Below are positions 1 to 10,415 of a stretch of DNA of 64,000 nt, one piece after another. The notes beneath the pieces were generated by a model. The model saw only the letters and a list, made by a program, of their open reading frames with translations, ran no database searches and had not been told where the DNA came from. The stretch is taken from positions 124,001 through 188,000 of the forward strand of contig CDROCS010000410.1 of assembly GCA_977020255.1 (NCBI GenBank). The letters run 5' to 3'. Source of the stretch: Obrimoposthia wandeli. Its lineage: Eukaryota. A program made the translations under genes and the position numbers. Position 1 is the stretch's first letter, and every line of letters starts with the position of its first letter.

Positions 1-93
1 GCTCGATACATGTAAGAAATAACTCTCGCCATCATCGCCACAAATAAAACCAAACTTCTTTGCAGAAATGTACGATATAATTTTTCCTTTCAC
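1..93 (-). CDS. Cold-shock-domain protein, 5' part only (runs off the window edge); not in the ORF track
   Basis: AAGGAG RBS (103-108), then GTG at 93 reading [31 protein letters not shown], which has the CSD RNP1 (KFGFI) and RNP2-like (YFLH) motifs. Confidence 0.75.
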   Translation of the reverse strand, partial: MKGKIISYISAKKFGFICGDDGESYFLHVSS

Positions 94-127
94 TTAACTT
101 CGCTCCTTCGGTCTTTCTCAGACCTGA

Positions 128-631
128 TTAATCCATTTCTTTGATTGTTTTTTTAACTTTCTTTAATGCCATTTTCTTTTTCAACGGCGATAGGTAATCA
201 ATAAAAAGCGTACCTTTAAGATGATCAATCTCGTGTTGCATTGCAATCGCTAAAAAGCCATCGTCATTAATTTCGACTGCGTTGCCTTCACGATCCAATG
301 CCGTTACTGTCACTTTTGTATAACGTGCAACATCAGCATAGTAGCCAGGAACTGATAAACAGCCCTCTTGACCCGATTCGATGTTTTCACCTTCAACAAC
401 AACTGGGTTGATTAATACCATAGGCTCATCACGACCCTCTGAAATATCAATAACAACAACAGCTTCTTTACGACCAACTTGCGTTGAAGCAAGACCAATA
501 CCGTCGTCTGTTTTGTACATAGTATCAAGCATGTCATCAATCAATGTTTGAACTGTACTTACATCCGTTACCTGTTCAGCTGGTATCTCTAATTTTTTGT
601 TTGGTGCCGTAAGAATTGATAATACTGCCAT
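128..631 (-). CDS. def: Peptide deformylase (orphan copy, no adjacent fmt)
   Basis: Motifs GIGLASTQ, EGCLS and QHEIDHL (HEXXH). Confidence 0.95.
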   Translation of the reverse strand: MAVLSILTAPNKKLEIPAEQVTDVSTVQTLIDDMLDTMYKTDDGIGLASTQVGRKEAVVVIDISEGRDEPMVLINPVVVEGENIESGQEGCLSVPGYYADVARYTKVTVTALDREGNAVEINDDGFLAIAMQHEIDHLKGTLFIDYLSPLKKKMALKKVKKTIKEMD

Positions 632-937
632 AAGTCTCTGAATCCCAGTTTTTGTTAATTTTTACAAACGTGTGCATTTTAAGCGCCGCATTATAGCCCA
701 TAATTGGTCTAGGTTTCTAGTTGATATATCGCCTTAACGTAGAGATATTTGAAACTTATGTGTATTTCTTTCACATCGACGGCAAATATGCGCGTTAACA
801 GCCTATTTTTTGACTATTAACATTTTCTGTCTGGGGTTTTTAACAAAACTTAATCCTATTTCCTCAATATCCTATTAGTCGCCAACAGGCAGCATTTAAT
901 CAAAAGTAAATAATAACCTAACAAAAACCTAACAATA

Positions 938-973
938 AAAAGGATTAATCCCGTCGTGGCGATTAATCCTTTT
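938..973. terminator. Bidirectional intrinsic terminator downstream of the csp gene
   Basis: AAAAGGATTAATC-N10-GATTAATCCTTTT perfect 13-bp inverted repeat. Confidence 0.8.
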
Positions 974-1009
974 AGCGAGTAGCTAGTCGGCTGCGAGTAA
1001 ATAGCGAGC

Positions 1010-1213
1010 TTAAATAGCGGTTACATTAGTAGCGCATGGACCTTTCTGGCCGTTACCTACTTCAAACTCAACTTTTTGGCCATCTTCTAGCGTGGCATAA
1101 CCTGATGTTTTAATTTCGGAATGGTGTACAAACAAATCATTACCGCCTTCGTCAGGGGTAATAAAGCCAAAACCTTTGTCTGCATTAAACCACTTAACTG
1201 TACCTCGACTCAT
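1010..1213 (-). CDS. CspA-family cold shock protein (likely start ATG 1213)
   Basis: [18 protein letters not shown]...LFVHHS; RNP1/RNP2 motifs, 67 aa. Confidence 0.95.
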   Translation of the reverse strand: MSRGTVKWFNADKGFGFITPDEGGNDLFVHHSEIKTSGYATLEDGQKVEFEVGNGQKGPCATNVTAI

Positions 1214-1405
1214 AGTATATTTTCCCTTCACTTCTTTTACATTCGAATTAAGCTTAGTTGAGAGCGGTATTTTGTCCAGTTTAGTAATTTAAAGTAGCGT
1301 AAACCTTAATACATAAATAACTACTTAGTGGTATTATAATGATACTGTTTCTAAGACTATTTTCTTTAAATACAGGTCAGCGAATATATTCTTAGTTTTT
1401 TTTAC

Positions 1406-1753
1406 ATGATAAAAGGAATGATCGTGGATAAATCACTGCACACTAGAGTTCTGAATTTTAAGCATTTATGCGAAAAAGATTTAATAAACGACATTAAAGA
1501 GGCTGCAACTTGTGAAGTACACAGTGTCTGTCACTTTGTTTGTCATCGCTGTCCGAGTGTCCCGAAGCACATGGATGTTGGAAAAATAAAATTAAAAGAT
1601 TTGAGTTCGTATACAATCCAGCTAACAAAATCTAACAGTGGCGAATTATTAATTTTAGTCACTGTACCAGGCATTGATCATTGGTTAACTAGCCATGACC
1701 TTCCATTGACGATACCAATACCTAAAACATACAAGAAGCAAACTGGCGAGTAG
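1406..1753 (+). CDS. Hypothetical protein, Cys/His-rich segment
   Basis: 115-aa ORF filling the gap, with CEVHSVCHFVCHRC; no family recognised. Confidence 0.4.
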   Translation: MIKGMIVDKSLHTRVLNFKHLCEKDLINDIKEAATCEVHSVCHFVCHRCPSVPKHMDVGKIKLKDLSSYTIQLTKSNSGELLILVTVPGIDHWLTSHDLPLTIPIPKTYKKQTGE

Positions 1754-1776
1754 CTATCATGCTAGCCAGGACAGAG

Positions 1777-2691
1777 CTAATCCATTTTTTCGTTTGCTAA
1801 TAACACGCGCTTACGTTCTATGCCCCAACGATAGCCACCTAACCCACCATCGCTTCTCAATACGCGATGGCAAGGGATTAATACACCAATACGGTTTTTG
1901 CCACACGCCGATGCAACAGCCCGCACGGCTTTGGGGCGATCAATTTGTTTCGCTACCTCACCATAAGTAAGAATATCGCCTTCTTTAATGCTTAACAAAA
2001 ACTGCCAGACTTTAATTTGAAATACAGTCCCACGTATATCAAGGGGTAAATCAGGTCTCGGTGCACCGTTGTTGATATGTTGATCGAGTGCGACCATCCA
2101 ATCATCAAGTTCAGGGGCATCTTGCGCCATCGAAAGGGTTAATTCAGCATACGGGAATTCTAGTTTTAATTGCGATAACAGCGTATTTTCGTCATCTCCA
2201 AACTGCACAGAGCAAACCCCTTTATTGGTCGCTGCCATCATCATTAATCCAAGCTGTGTCGCGCGGCATGCATAATTGATATATTCGCCACTACCACCCG
2301 CGCGATAGACTTTCGGCGCCATGCCGATATTCCGTGTTGATTCACCATATACGCGACTAATAGAACCGAAACCAGCAGCATATATCGCATCTGTAACACC
2401 ACCACCAGCTTTGAGTGAATGCTTGAAATGACGCATACGCACAGCATCTTGGTACGCTTTGGGCGATACACCGAATGTTTGCTTAAATACACGCTGTAAT
2501 CGTGACGGAGATAAACAGGCAATACCACCGAGCAGAGATAACGTCAGTTTTTCATCTGCATGAGTTTCAATATAGCGAGCCACTTCGATCAGCTTGTTCA
2601 TGCGAGCAGGGTCTATGTGAGAAGAGTCTAGCCCAGCACTATCCTTGGATGGTGTTAGGGTTTGCATGTCTAATTCCGCAGATTTTTTCAT
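1777..2691 (-). CDS. ada: Ada-like AraC-HTH + O6-methylguanine-DNA methyltransferase, lacking the N-terminal Zn domain
   Basis: AraC HTH (LSPSRLQRVFK...GVSPKAY) and active-site IPCHRV; no CRPSC motif. Confidence 0.85.
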   Translation of the reverse strand: MKKSAELDMQTLTPSKDSAGLDSSHIDPARMNKLIEVARYIETHADEKLTLSLLGGIACLSPSRLQRVFKQTFGVSPKAYQDAVRMRHFKHSLKAGGGVTDAIYAAGFGSISRVYGESTRNIGMAPKVYRAGGSGEYINYACRATQLGLMMMAATNKGVCSVQFGDDENTLLSQLKLEFPYAELTLSMAQDAPELDDWMVALDQHINNGAPRPDLPLDIRGTVFQIKVWQFLLSIKEGDILTYGEVAKQIDRPKAVRAVASACGKNRIGVLIPCHRVLRSDGGLGGYRWGIERKRVLLANEKMD

Positions 2692-2750
2692 TGCCTGTTC
2701 TCTGTTTAATACTGATAATCATATTAAATCGCATGTCATAATCTATTTCC

Positions 2751-2800
2751 ATCCGATTCTTGCTGCGTTACGGCTATTTGTTAAAACGCAATAATCGGAT
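2751..2800. promoter_or_regulatory. Inverted repeat in the divergent ada/DMT promoter
   Basis: ATCCGATT..TGCGTT ... AACGCA..AATCGGAT; includes the Ada-box-like TTAAAACGCAAT. Confidence 0.45.
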
Positions 2801-2852
2801 GTTTTGTATTATGCCCTAACGCTAATATAGATTAACTACAAACTAACACACA

Positions 2853-3785
2853 ATGGAATGGACAATGACATCTTCAATTAATCAGTTAATGAATACCCGC
2901 GTATGGATGATGCTAATTTTACTTTCCATGTTATGGGGCGGTTCATTCTTTTTCGTTGGCGTGATAATTACCGAGCTTCCCCCATTAACGATAGTAACAC
3001 TCAGAGTCGGTATCGCAGCGATAACACTCTGGATTATAGCGTTTATGATCGGGCTACGCCCACCTAAGGAATTACGTGTGTGGGTCGCCTTTCTTGGTAT
3101 GGGGTTATTAAATAATATCATTCCCTTTACGCTGATTGTATGGGGGCAAACTCAAATTGCATCAGGACTAGCATCTATTCTTAATGCCGCGACACCTATT
3201 TTCGCGGTTGTCGTTGCTGGTATATTATTACCTGACGAACGAATGACACCATTAAAATTAGCTGGTGTAGCGGTCGGGTTTGCAGGTGTATCTGTCATGA
3301 TAGGCATGCCTGCCTTAGAAGGTAATGGCAGTTTTATCGCGCAATTAGCCGTACTCACTGCTGCTTTATCTTACTCTTTTGCTGGCGTGTATGGTCGCCG
3401 TTTTAAAACCTTAGGTATAAACCCTATCATCACGGCTGCAGGTCAAGTGACCGCATCTGCAGTGGTCTTGCTACCAATAGCGCTAACTGTTGACGGTCCA
3501 CTTGATGTTGCATCAATGAGTGTGGATACGTGGGCAGCCATAACGGGATTAGCGATTCTATCGACCGCTGTTGCATATGTACTTTATTTTAAAATATTAG
3601 CATTAGCAGGTGCGACTAACGTGTTATTAGTCACGCTGTTAGTCCCTGTTTCAGCTATTTTACTCGGTTCACTATTCTTAAATGAATCCTTAGAAACAAT
3701 TCACTTTGTCGGTATGCTGCTTATTGCGCTTGGCTTATCGGCGATAGATGGTCGCTTATGGCAACGCCTTAAACGCGCTAAATAA
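2853..3785 (+). CDS. DMT/EamA family transporter
   Basis: About 10 TM helices, two EamA repeats (LWGGSF, IASGLASILNAATP, LFLNE). Confidence 0.9.
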   Translation: MEWTMTSSINQLMNTRVWMMLILLSMLWGGSFFFVGVIITELPPLTIVTLRVGIAAITLWIIAFMIGLRPPKELRVWVAFLGMGLLNNIIPFTLIVWGQTQIASGLASILNAATPIFAVVVAGILLPDERMTPLKLAGVAVGFAGVSVMIGMPALEGNGSFIAQLAVLTAALSYSFAGVYGRRFKTLGINPIITAAGQVTASAVVLLPIALTVDGPLDVASMSVDTWAAITGLAILSTAVAYVLYFKILALAGATNVLLVTLLVPVSAILLGSLFLNESLETIHFVGMLLIALGLSAIDGRLWQRLKRAK

Positions 3786-3858
3786 CAGTAAAATTGACAA
3801 TGTATTAATACGTTATAACTATTTTAACGATCATGTATGAATAACCTATAGGAAGTTT

Positions 3859-4467
3859 ATGAATAGTAATGTAATCACACAAGGTGTTGACGCCATCGCC
3901 CTTGTTGATAAAGAGTTTGCCAACGCTTTATCAACGCTAGGCGCACCTGCAGCCAAAGTAAACCCACATGGTTTTGAAACCTTCCTTTCTACGATCGTGA
4001 GTCAGCAATTATCAACCAAAGTAGCCACTGTGATTATGCAGCGAGTCAAGGTACTACTTAAAAATGTCACGCCAGAAAGGGTAATGGAAGTGGCAGATCA
4101 AGCTTTAAGAGATGCCGGGCTATCATGGCGAAAAGTAGAATATGCCAAAGGCTTAGCCCAAGCAGTTCTTGCCGGTGAATTCGATATTGATGGTTTAGAT
4201 AAACTCAATGATGACGAGGCGATAACAGCAATCACCAAGCTAAGGGGCTTCGGCTGTTGGAGCGCCGAGATATATTTAATGTTTTCTTTGCAACGTCTGG
4301 ATATTTTCCCCGCTGACGACTTAGGTCTATTAGTCGCATTAGGCAAACTGAAAGGGTTACCAGAAAAACCAACAGCAAAACAGGCTCGAGACATGGTAAA
4401 ACACTGGTCTCCTTGGCGCAGCGTAGGCGCTTTATTTTTATGGGAATACTATCACAAGAATGATTGA
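3859..4467 (+). CDS. alkA: DNA-3-methyladenine glycosylase II (short AlkA, HhH-GPD)
   Basis: IVSQQLS, HhH LRGFGCWSAE, catalytic FPADD, WSPWRS. Confidence 0.85.
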   Translation: MNSNVITQGVDAIALVDKEFANALSTLGAPAAKVNPHGFETFLSTIVSQQLSTKVATVIMQRVKVLLKNVTPERVMEVADQALRDAGLSWRKVEYAKGLAQAVLAGEFDIDGLDKLNDDEAITAITKLRGFGCWSAEIYLMFSLQRLDIFPADDLGLLVALGKLKGLPEKPTAKQARDMVKHWSPWRSVGALFLWEYYHKND

Positions 4468-4494
4468 CGAATGAGTGAGTGATTAGTTTAATTA

Positions 4495-5451
4495 CTACAT
4501 AACATTTTTCGTTAGTAGTACTCTTAACTGGCTTAGCATCAAGCTTTTAAACCATTTGTGGGCACTATTATTTCTATTTCTTTCATGCTGAATTAAAAAT
4601 AGGTCGATATGATATTCAACTTCTTTTTCAAATGAATATATAGGCAGTAACTGCGACGAAGATTTAAAATAATCAACATGAAGGTTAGAACCAAACAGTA
4701 AGGCATCTGAAGAACCCGCTACATCGAGCAATATTTGCGTTTGGCTACTTCGCAATACTGGCTTTTTAAACTTTTGCGACAGCTCAAGTAATTTGTGAAT
4801 AGGAGAAGTGAAAGCATTAGTCTGACTCTCTTCTACATTCATACTTATAAATGGATACGACAACAGCGATGCCATTGTTGTTACGCCACCATCAAACAGT
4901 GGATGATCTTTACGTGCATATATGATCGGATAAATACTGCCAAGATGCTCAGAGAAATATTTGGGATTACTCTCGCGCGCATAATGCATCGCAAAATCAA
5001 GATCACCAGCATCGAGTTGTGGAAATGGGTTCGATTTTACATTTGTTTCAGTTACCGAGACAGTTGGTGCAACCTTCATTACTTCACCGATTAAACGTGG
5101 CATTAAAAAAGATGAGATATAAGTAGGCACTGACAAGTTGAACTGAGCGTCACTTTCAAAAGGATCAAATTCTTTGGCTATTAATAAACGGTGGAGATCA
5201 TTTAAAAGTGGCGTAATAAGCAGTTCTAATTCAGATGCTTTGGGGGTGGGAGAAATACCGTTAGATGTTCTTATAAATAGTTCGTCATTAAACATGTCGC
5301 GAAGCTTAGCTAGCGTGCGGCTCATAGCCGATTGGGAAACACACATTTGCTCTGCTGCGCGCGAAACATTACGCTCCTTTAATAACACATTAAGGGACAC
5401 GATTAAATTGAGATCGATTCTTGATAATTCAAACTCGATACTTTTTTTCAT
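4495..5451 (-). CDS. LysR family transcriptional regulator
   Basis: DLNLIVSLNVLLKERNVSRAAEQMCVSQSAMSRTLAKLR HTH plus substrate-binding domain. Confidence 0.95.
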   Translation of the reverse strand: MKKSIEFELSRIDLNLIVSLNVLLKERNVSRAAEQMCVSQSAMSRTLAKLRDMFNDELFIRTSNGISPTPKASELELLITPLLNDLHRLLIAKEFDPFESDAQFNLSVPTYISSFLMPRLIGEVMKVAPTVSVTETNVKSNPFPQLDAGDLDFAMHYARESNPKYFSEHLGSIYPIIYARKDHPLFDGGVTTMASLLSYPFISMNVEESQTNAFTSPIHKLLELSQKFKKPVLRSSQTQILLDVAGSSDALLFGSNLHVDYFKSSSQLLPIYSFEKEVEYHIDLFLIQHERNRNNSAHKWFKSLMLSQLRVLLTKNVM

Positions 5452-5597
5452 AATCTGTTTTTCATTTTGTGGGTTTCATTTCATATTTTATTGTAAGTAC
5501 GCCCCACTTCTAACAGCATGAAGTACGTTGTAAATCATTGCCATATTAATATTTATCTCACACTAATATGGCATATTCCCGACCTACTAAATTAGCA

Positions 5598-6641
5598 CTA
5601 TTTTGTCACAGTAGGAAGTACTCGTAGCTCACCAGAACGTACTTTATCACTTGGCATGTAATGACGAACACCAAGGTTGAATACACCGGATCCGTTCGCA
5701 GTCTCGATATTATTTATCGCTTTTTCACCACAACCAAATGAAACAGTGTAACTGCCGTCTGTATTTTGTGTAGCAGTGTGTGAATTCACATTGGCGATGT
5801 CATTAAACATAAAACCAGCTTTGTCATAAACAGTGATAGACCAAAATGCTTTATTCTTTGGATCATCAAAGTGCGCCGTGTAGCAAGTGTCAGCGGGGTA
5901 ATTTCCTGATACTTCATATACGTTGTCTTTTGTCTGCGCACCACCCCAACCTATTGCTGCACCCACTTGATATTTCTCTTCTGTAAAGTCAGCATTGCTA
6001 CTGTCTGTCGGATCGGTAAACATACCGTATAACGCAGTAGCACCATCCCGTGTATTAATCGCTGGCATTTTTGCTTTTAACGCATTCTCAACACTTTCAA
6101 TTGTGTCGAAGTCAAACGTATCCGCAGTAAAAGGCACAGATGAACCAGCGTCTATTTTCATCCCATCTTGAATAGCTGTAACTTGCGCTTTATTTAAACG
6201 TGAATCTAGGCGGACCACCAAATATACATAGTCACCTTTATGTGTTGTGACTTCGAACGTACCCGCCCCATATGTCATCGCTTGTATTCTGTGATCTTCT
6301 GTTACTGGTTGCACCGAAACATACATACCTTCTGGTACTGCTGGGATAGTGTATGTCGCACCTTTAGATACATTAACAACTGCCATTGAATAATAAGTAT
6401 CTCGGTTCATGCGAACCACGGGTTGGTTGTCAGTGGGCGTCAGCATGTTTTTGTGTTGAAACTGGTTAATGCCACCAGCATTTTGTTGTGCTATCACCAT
6501 TTGGCGATGAGTTTCTGCTGTTGGATAGTTTGCTTCTGTTATAGGCATTAGCGTTTGTTGATTAGCATTTACCATGACTGGTGAAGCAATTAAAATACTT
6601 AGTGCCATTTTAGTTAGTATTGATTTCATATTAGCTCTCAT
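5598..6641 (-). CDS. Exported DUF1254/DUF1214 domain protein (start may be 6629)
   Basis: Signal peptide; VVRMNRDTYYS and FWSITVYD motifs typical of the family. Confidence 0.75.
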   Translation of the reverse strand: MRANMKSILTKMALSILIASPVMVNANQQTLMPITEANYPTAETHRQMVIAQQNAGGINQFQHKNMLTPTDNQPVVRMNRDTYYSMAVVNVSKGATYTIPAVPEGMYVSVQPVTEDHRIQAMTYGAGTFEVTTHKGDYVYLVVRLDSRLNKAQVTAIQDGMKIDAGSSVPFTADTFDFDTIESVENALKAKMPAINTRDGATALYGMFTDPTDSSNADFTEEKYQVGAAIGWGGAQTKDNVYEVSGNYPADTCYTAHFDDPKNKAFWSITVYDKAGFMFNDIANVNSHTATQNTDGSYTVSFGCGEKAINNIETANGSGVFNLGVRHYMPSDKVRSGELRVLPTVTK

Positions 6642-6890
6642 ATAATTAATGGTTAAACCTGAACTGGTATGCCAACCACTTTATTCGAAACTACATTATC
6701 CATCCAATGACTTATATTTATATCATGATATGCACCAGTCGAATAATGCTGTACTAAATATAGCTCATTCGAGATGATGCATTTTGTTTTTGTTTTTTAT
6801 TTATAAGAAAAGAAAAAGAAGAGTCAAAAACAAAATAGAAAAAGCCGACAGTCACATCGGCAATATTGATAATGGAGCGTAATGATAAGT

Positions 6891-7439
6891 TTATGACGCT
6901 GTAAAGGCTTGTAATTCTTCCATCGATGTTTCGCTGACAACAACACCGTCAATGTAATACGTGACTAACTGGCCTTGTTTAATCCCTGTTAATACCGCTT
7001 TCTCCCCATTATTGTAGGTGATGTCCATCTGTAAGGTATTATCGTCCACTTGCGTCATCACCCCAGTTTCAATAATACGTAGATTAGCAAGGGGTTTGAT
7101 CGGCGCTTCTGTCAATGATGGATCTAAGTCATCATTGATTTTAAATGTGGCATCGACTTTAGTATCAAATATGTGTGGTTTATCATTAAGCGGATTTGTG
7201 CCGGTCCAAAATCCAATTGAATTAAAGATTAAGTAATCCACTGCAACTGATATCCCATAAACAGGAGCCATTAAGATATTCAATCCGCCTCGAGCATAGC
7301 GATTATCAACGACTTCGACATTAAATTGCATTACCTTGGCTGTAACCGCGTTGCTACCGACGCAACCAGTGATACCGGTAAGAGCGGAGGCCACAGCCGT
7401 CGCGATGATGATTTTTTTATATTTGTTATGCATTATCAT
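6891..7439 (-). CDS. DUF3332 family lipoprotein
   Basis: Lipobox ITGC; GSNAV...NRYAR...PVYG...FNSIGFWTG. Confidence 0.75.
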   Translation of the reverse strand: MIMHNKYKKIIIATAVASALTGITGCVGSNAVTAKVMQFNVEVVDNRYARGGLNILMAPVYGISVAVDYLIFNSIGFWTGTNPLNDKPHIFDTKVDATFKINDDLDPSLTEAPIKPLANLRIIETGVMTQVDDNTLQMDITYNNGEKAVLTGIKQGQLVTYYIDGVVVSETSMEELQAFTAS

Positions 7440-7708
7440 TCCCTAATAATTAACGTATTACCATAAATCCAAGTGTTTCTTGTTATAAATTAAAGCTAAA
7501 TATTTTCAAAAGACTCTTATATTTATGTACACTTTAGCTAAAAGGGCAATAACTAAAGACTAAAGTGCGATAACTAAAGGCTTATGACTGTTATTTATCT
7601 AAAAACATATGCTTACCAGCCATCCACAAGTCCTTAGTCTTATATTGTTCATGTTCAGTTCATTTGAGCTTGATAAACTCGCCGCATAATAATTAAGAGA
7701 GATATTTT

Positions 7709-8104
7709 ATGAAAACTAGCTTTAAACTAACCCTGTGTGTACTACTCGGCATATCCACCAGTGCGTTTGCCTCTGATTGCAGTGTTTTAACAGCATGTGA
7801 TAAAAAGATTTGTGAGATTAATAACCAACTCACGATGGCTAAATCTGATCATAATCAACATAAGGTTGATGGCTTAAATAAAGCGTTAAAATATACCACT
7901 GAATATTGCACAACCGATGGTTTACGTGATGATATACAAGATAAAATAGATGATGCGATGGAGGATATTGAAGACTATAAATCAGATCTAACTGAAGCAG
8001 AATCAGATAATAAAATGGAAAAAATTGAGAAGTATAAACGTAAGATTGAACAGAAGAATGACAAGATATCAAAGCTTAAGCTTGAGTTAGCTGATTTGGA
8101 ATAA
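7709..8104 (+). CDS. DUF1090 (YqjC-like) exported protein
   Basis: Signal peptide, C..K...I..QL..A...KVDGLNKAL....C, coiled-coil C-terminus. Confidence 0.75.
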   Translation: MKTSFKLTLCVLLGISTSAFASDCSVLTACDKKICEINNQLTMAKSDHNQHKVDGLNKALKYTTEYCTTDGLRDDIQDKIDDAMEDIEDYKSDLTEAESDNKMEKIEKYKRKIEQKNDKISKLKLELADLE

Positions 8105-8260
8105 ACATCATTTACTTACATGCTCAATGGCATGACTGATATTGCTAACCCCTTGCTAGAGACTGAATCTACAAGGGGCTGCAACATCACATAGTACGAC
8201 GACAGTCATTACGTCTCGACTGGTCTACGTTTTAAATAAACACTATATTTTAAACGAACA

Positions 8261-9820
8261 CTATATTTTAAAAGAACCTACGTGTTGATCTAAAGTGTAT
8301 GCAAGTTCGGTTAAATTTCGACTCGTCACTTCTAATTCCTTACTCGCAGCAGCCCCTTCAACGATTGAGTTATTCACGGTATCCATATTGATATTAATTT
8401 CATTGGATACACTAGATTGCTCTTCCGTCGCCGTAGCAACTTGCGTATTCAAATCAAGAATAGCGATAACCTGATTTGAGATCCGAGTCAGTGCTTCCTG
8501 CGCTTCTTCGGTGGCTTTTGAACCTTCAACCGTTAACGACTTACTACAGCCCATCGCGTCCACAGCGCTTTTTGCTTCACGTTGCAGTTGATCAATCATA
8601 TTCTGAATTTCACCTGTCGATTGAGCAGTTTTAGTCGCTAACGTTCTCACTTCATCTGCAACAACTGCAAAGCCTCTTCCAGCCTCACCAGCACGAGCTG
8701 CTTCAATAGCCGCATTTAAAGCAAGTAGGTTAGTTTGTTCTGAAATACCATTAATCACTTCAAGTATCGAACCGATTGATTGCGTTCTTTGTGCTAAAGA
8801 AGTAATGACGAGAGAGGTATTGTTAATTTCTTCAGACAGATTGCGGATTGTTCCAGCAGCTTCTTGCAATACATTGTTACCCTCTTGGGTTTCATGATTC
8901 ACATTTTTAGCGGCATCTGCAGCACCTGATGCATTTGAAGATATCTCATTAATCGTTGCGATCATTTCATTCATAGAGGTTACAACCAATAAAGATTGTT
9001 CACTTTGTATTTCACCGCGAGATAAAGAACGTAGTGCTTGATCTCTAACATCTGTTGCTGAGTGTCCTAGATCCAAACCTGTTTTAACGACCTGAGCGAT
9101 GATCTCATTAATATTGCCAGCAAAAGCATTAAAGGCTTTAGAGATCTTCGCAATTTCATCATCACCCTTTACAGGCAATCTTACGGTTAAATCACCATCG
9201 CCTTTAGATATATCTTCCAACGCTACTTGTAGGCCTGAAAGCGGTTTGAACAGACGATCCATCAACCAAATAAGTACACATATACAAATGAGGAATATCC
9301 CCGAGATTGCAATGAGCTGAGTCATTAGAATATCAGATGCCGCTTCACTGACTTCAGTAATCGGAATACCTATATCGACAGTGCCGTACAGTTCTCCATT
9401 AACATAGATTGGAGACATGATGTCGTAAACCCATACTTCTTGTACATCGGCATACCATTTTGAATGTTGTGAAACACCTTGGCTTGCACCTGCTACGCTA
9501 TAACTGTCATCATACACTTTATTGATTTTTTCTTTATCACTGTGCGCAACGGCTTTAACGTCTTTGTTAATCACAATCGCATAAGAAATATCAGGACGTA
9601 CTTTCAGAGCCGTTACCAATTCTTGTAGATCAATAATTGGTTGTGATGATTTCTCGAGAACATATTCCACATTAGTCGCGAGTAAAGAGGCTTGCTCTTG
9701 AGATTTTTTTAGAATTATTTTATCTATTTCTTGATGCGAAATATAAGATGTAGACACAATGCTTGTTATCGCTGCAATGACAAACATTGCAAATACTACG
9801 ATTAGTATTATTTTTTTCAT
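8261..9820 (-). CDS. Methyl-accepting chemotaxis protein (Cache-like sensor, HAMP)
   Basis: Two TM helices, [35 protein letters not shown] hairpin. Confidence 0.97.
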   Translation of the reverse strand: MKKIILIVVFAMFVIAAITSIVSTSYISHQEIDKIILKKSQEQASLLATNVEYVLEKSSQPIIDLQELVTALKVRPDISYAIVINKDVKAVAHSDKEKINKVYDDSYSVAGASQGVSQHSKWYADVQEVWVYDIMSPIYVNGELYGTVDIGIPITEVSEAASDILMTQLIAISGIFLICICVLIWLMDRLFKPLSGLQVALEDISKGDGDLTVRLPVKGDDEIAKISKAFNAFAGNINEIIAQVVKTGLDLGHSATDVRDQALRSLSRGEIQSEQSLLVVTSMNEMIATINEISSNASGAADAAKNVNHETQEGNNVLQEAAGTIRNLSEEINNTSLVITSLAQRTQSIGSILEVINGISEQTNLLALNAAIEAARAGEAGRGFAVVADEVRTLATKTAQSTGEIQNMIDQLQREAKSAVDAMGCSKSLTVEGSKATEEAQEALTRISNQVIAILDLNTQVATATEEQSSVSNEININMDTVNNSIVEGAAASKELEVTSRNLTELAYTLDQHVGSFKI

Positions 9821-10085
9821 TATTTACGTCCCTGATGTGGTTAATAATCCCTTTAATTAATGAAGGATTAATTAACAGTAGTATAACGGTGACACCCATC
9901 TCCGAAAAGATATTAGCGCTCAATTTAAGATCTACGCTGTTATTATTCTTTAATAATTATAAAATTATGAATAAATTTAAGGATCCTATGTCATCTTGCT
10001 GAAATTTATTCTAAACGACATATTTTATATTTTTTGCTCATATATAATTATTTAAGGATATGAATACTTAAAGGGAATTATTGAG

Positions 10086-10361
10086 ATGGCAAGTGTGATT
10101 AGTATTTTCAAAAGTAATAATTTAGCTTACATGAGCAAGCTACAGAACGACGATACTAAAGAGCAAAAACTAGCATCGTTCCAGAAACTAGCAATGTCAT
10201 CAAGCGGCATACGCAAAGCACATTTCGAGAATATGCTTAGTAACACCGTTGATGTTGATAGTATTTATTTTGATGGAGAGAACGTAGCAACTCAAGCTGT
10301 CGAAGAAATCATTAAGCAAACGCTAAAATCGACTGGTTTTATCGTACTCTCACACCACTAA
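10086..10361 (+). CDS. Hypothetical protein
   Basis: 91-aa ORF preceded by AAGGGA/GAG; no family recognised. Confidence 0.55.
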   Translation: MASVISIFKSNNLAYMSKLQNDDTKEQKLASFQKLAMSSSGIRKAHFENMLSNTVDVDSIYFDGENVATQAVEEIIKQTLKSTGFIVLSHH

Positions 10362-10415
10362 ATCATCTTTAGGTTACAGTTACTAGCGCCTGACTGTACA
10401 GGATTGTAACCAGCA

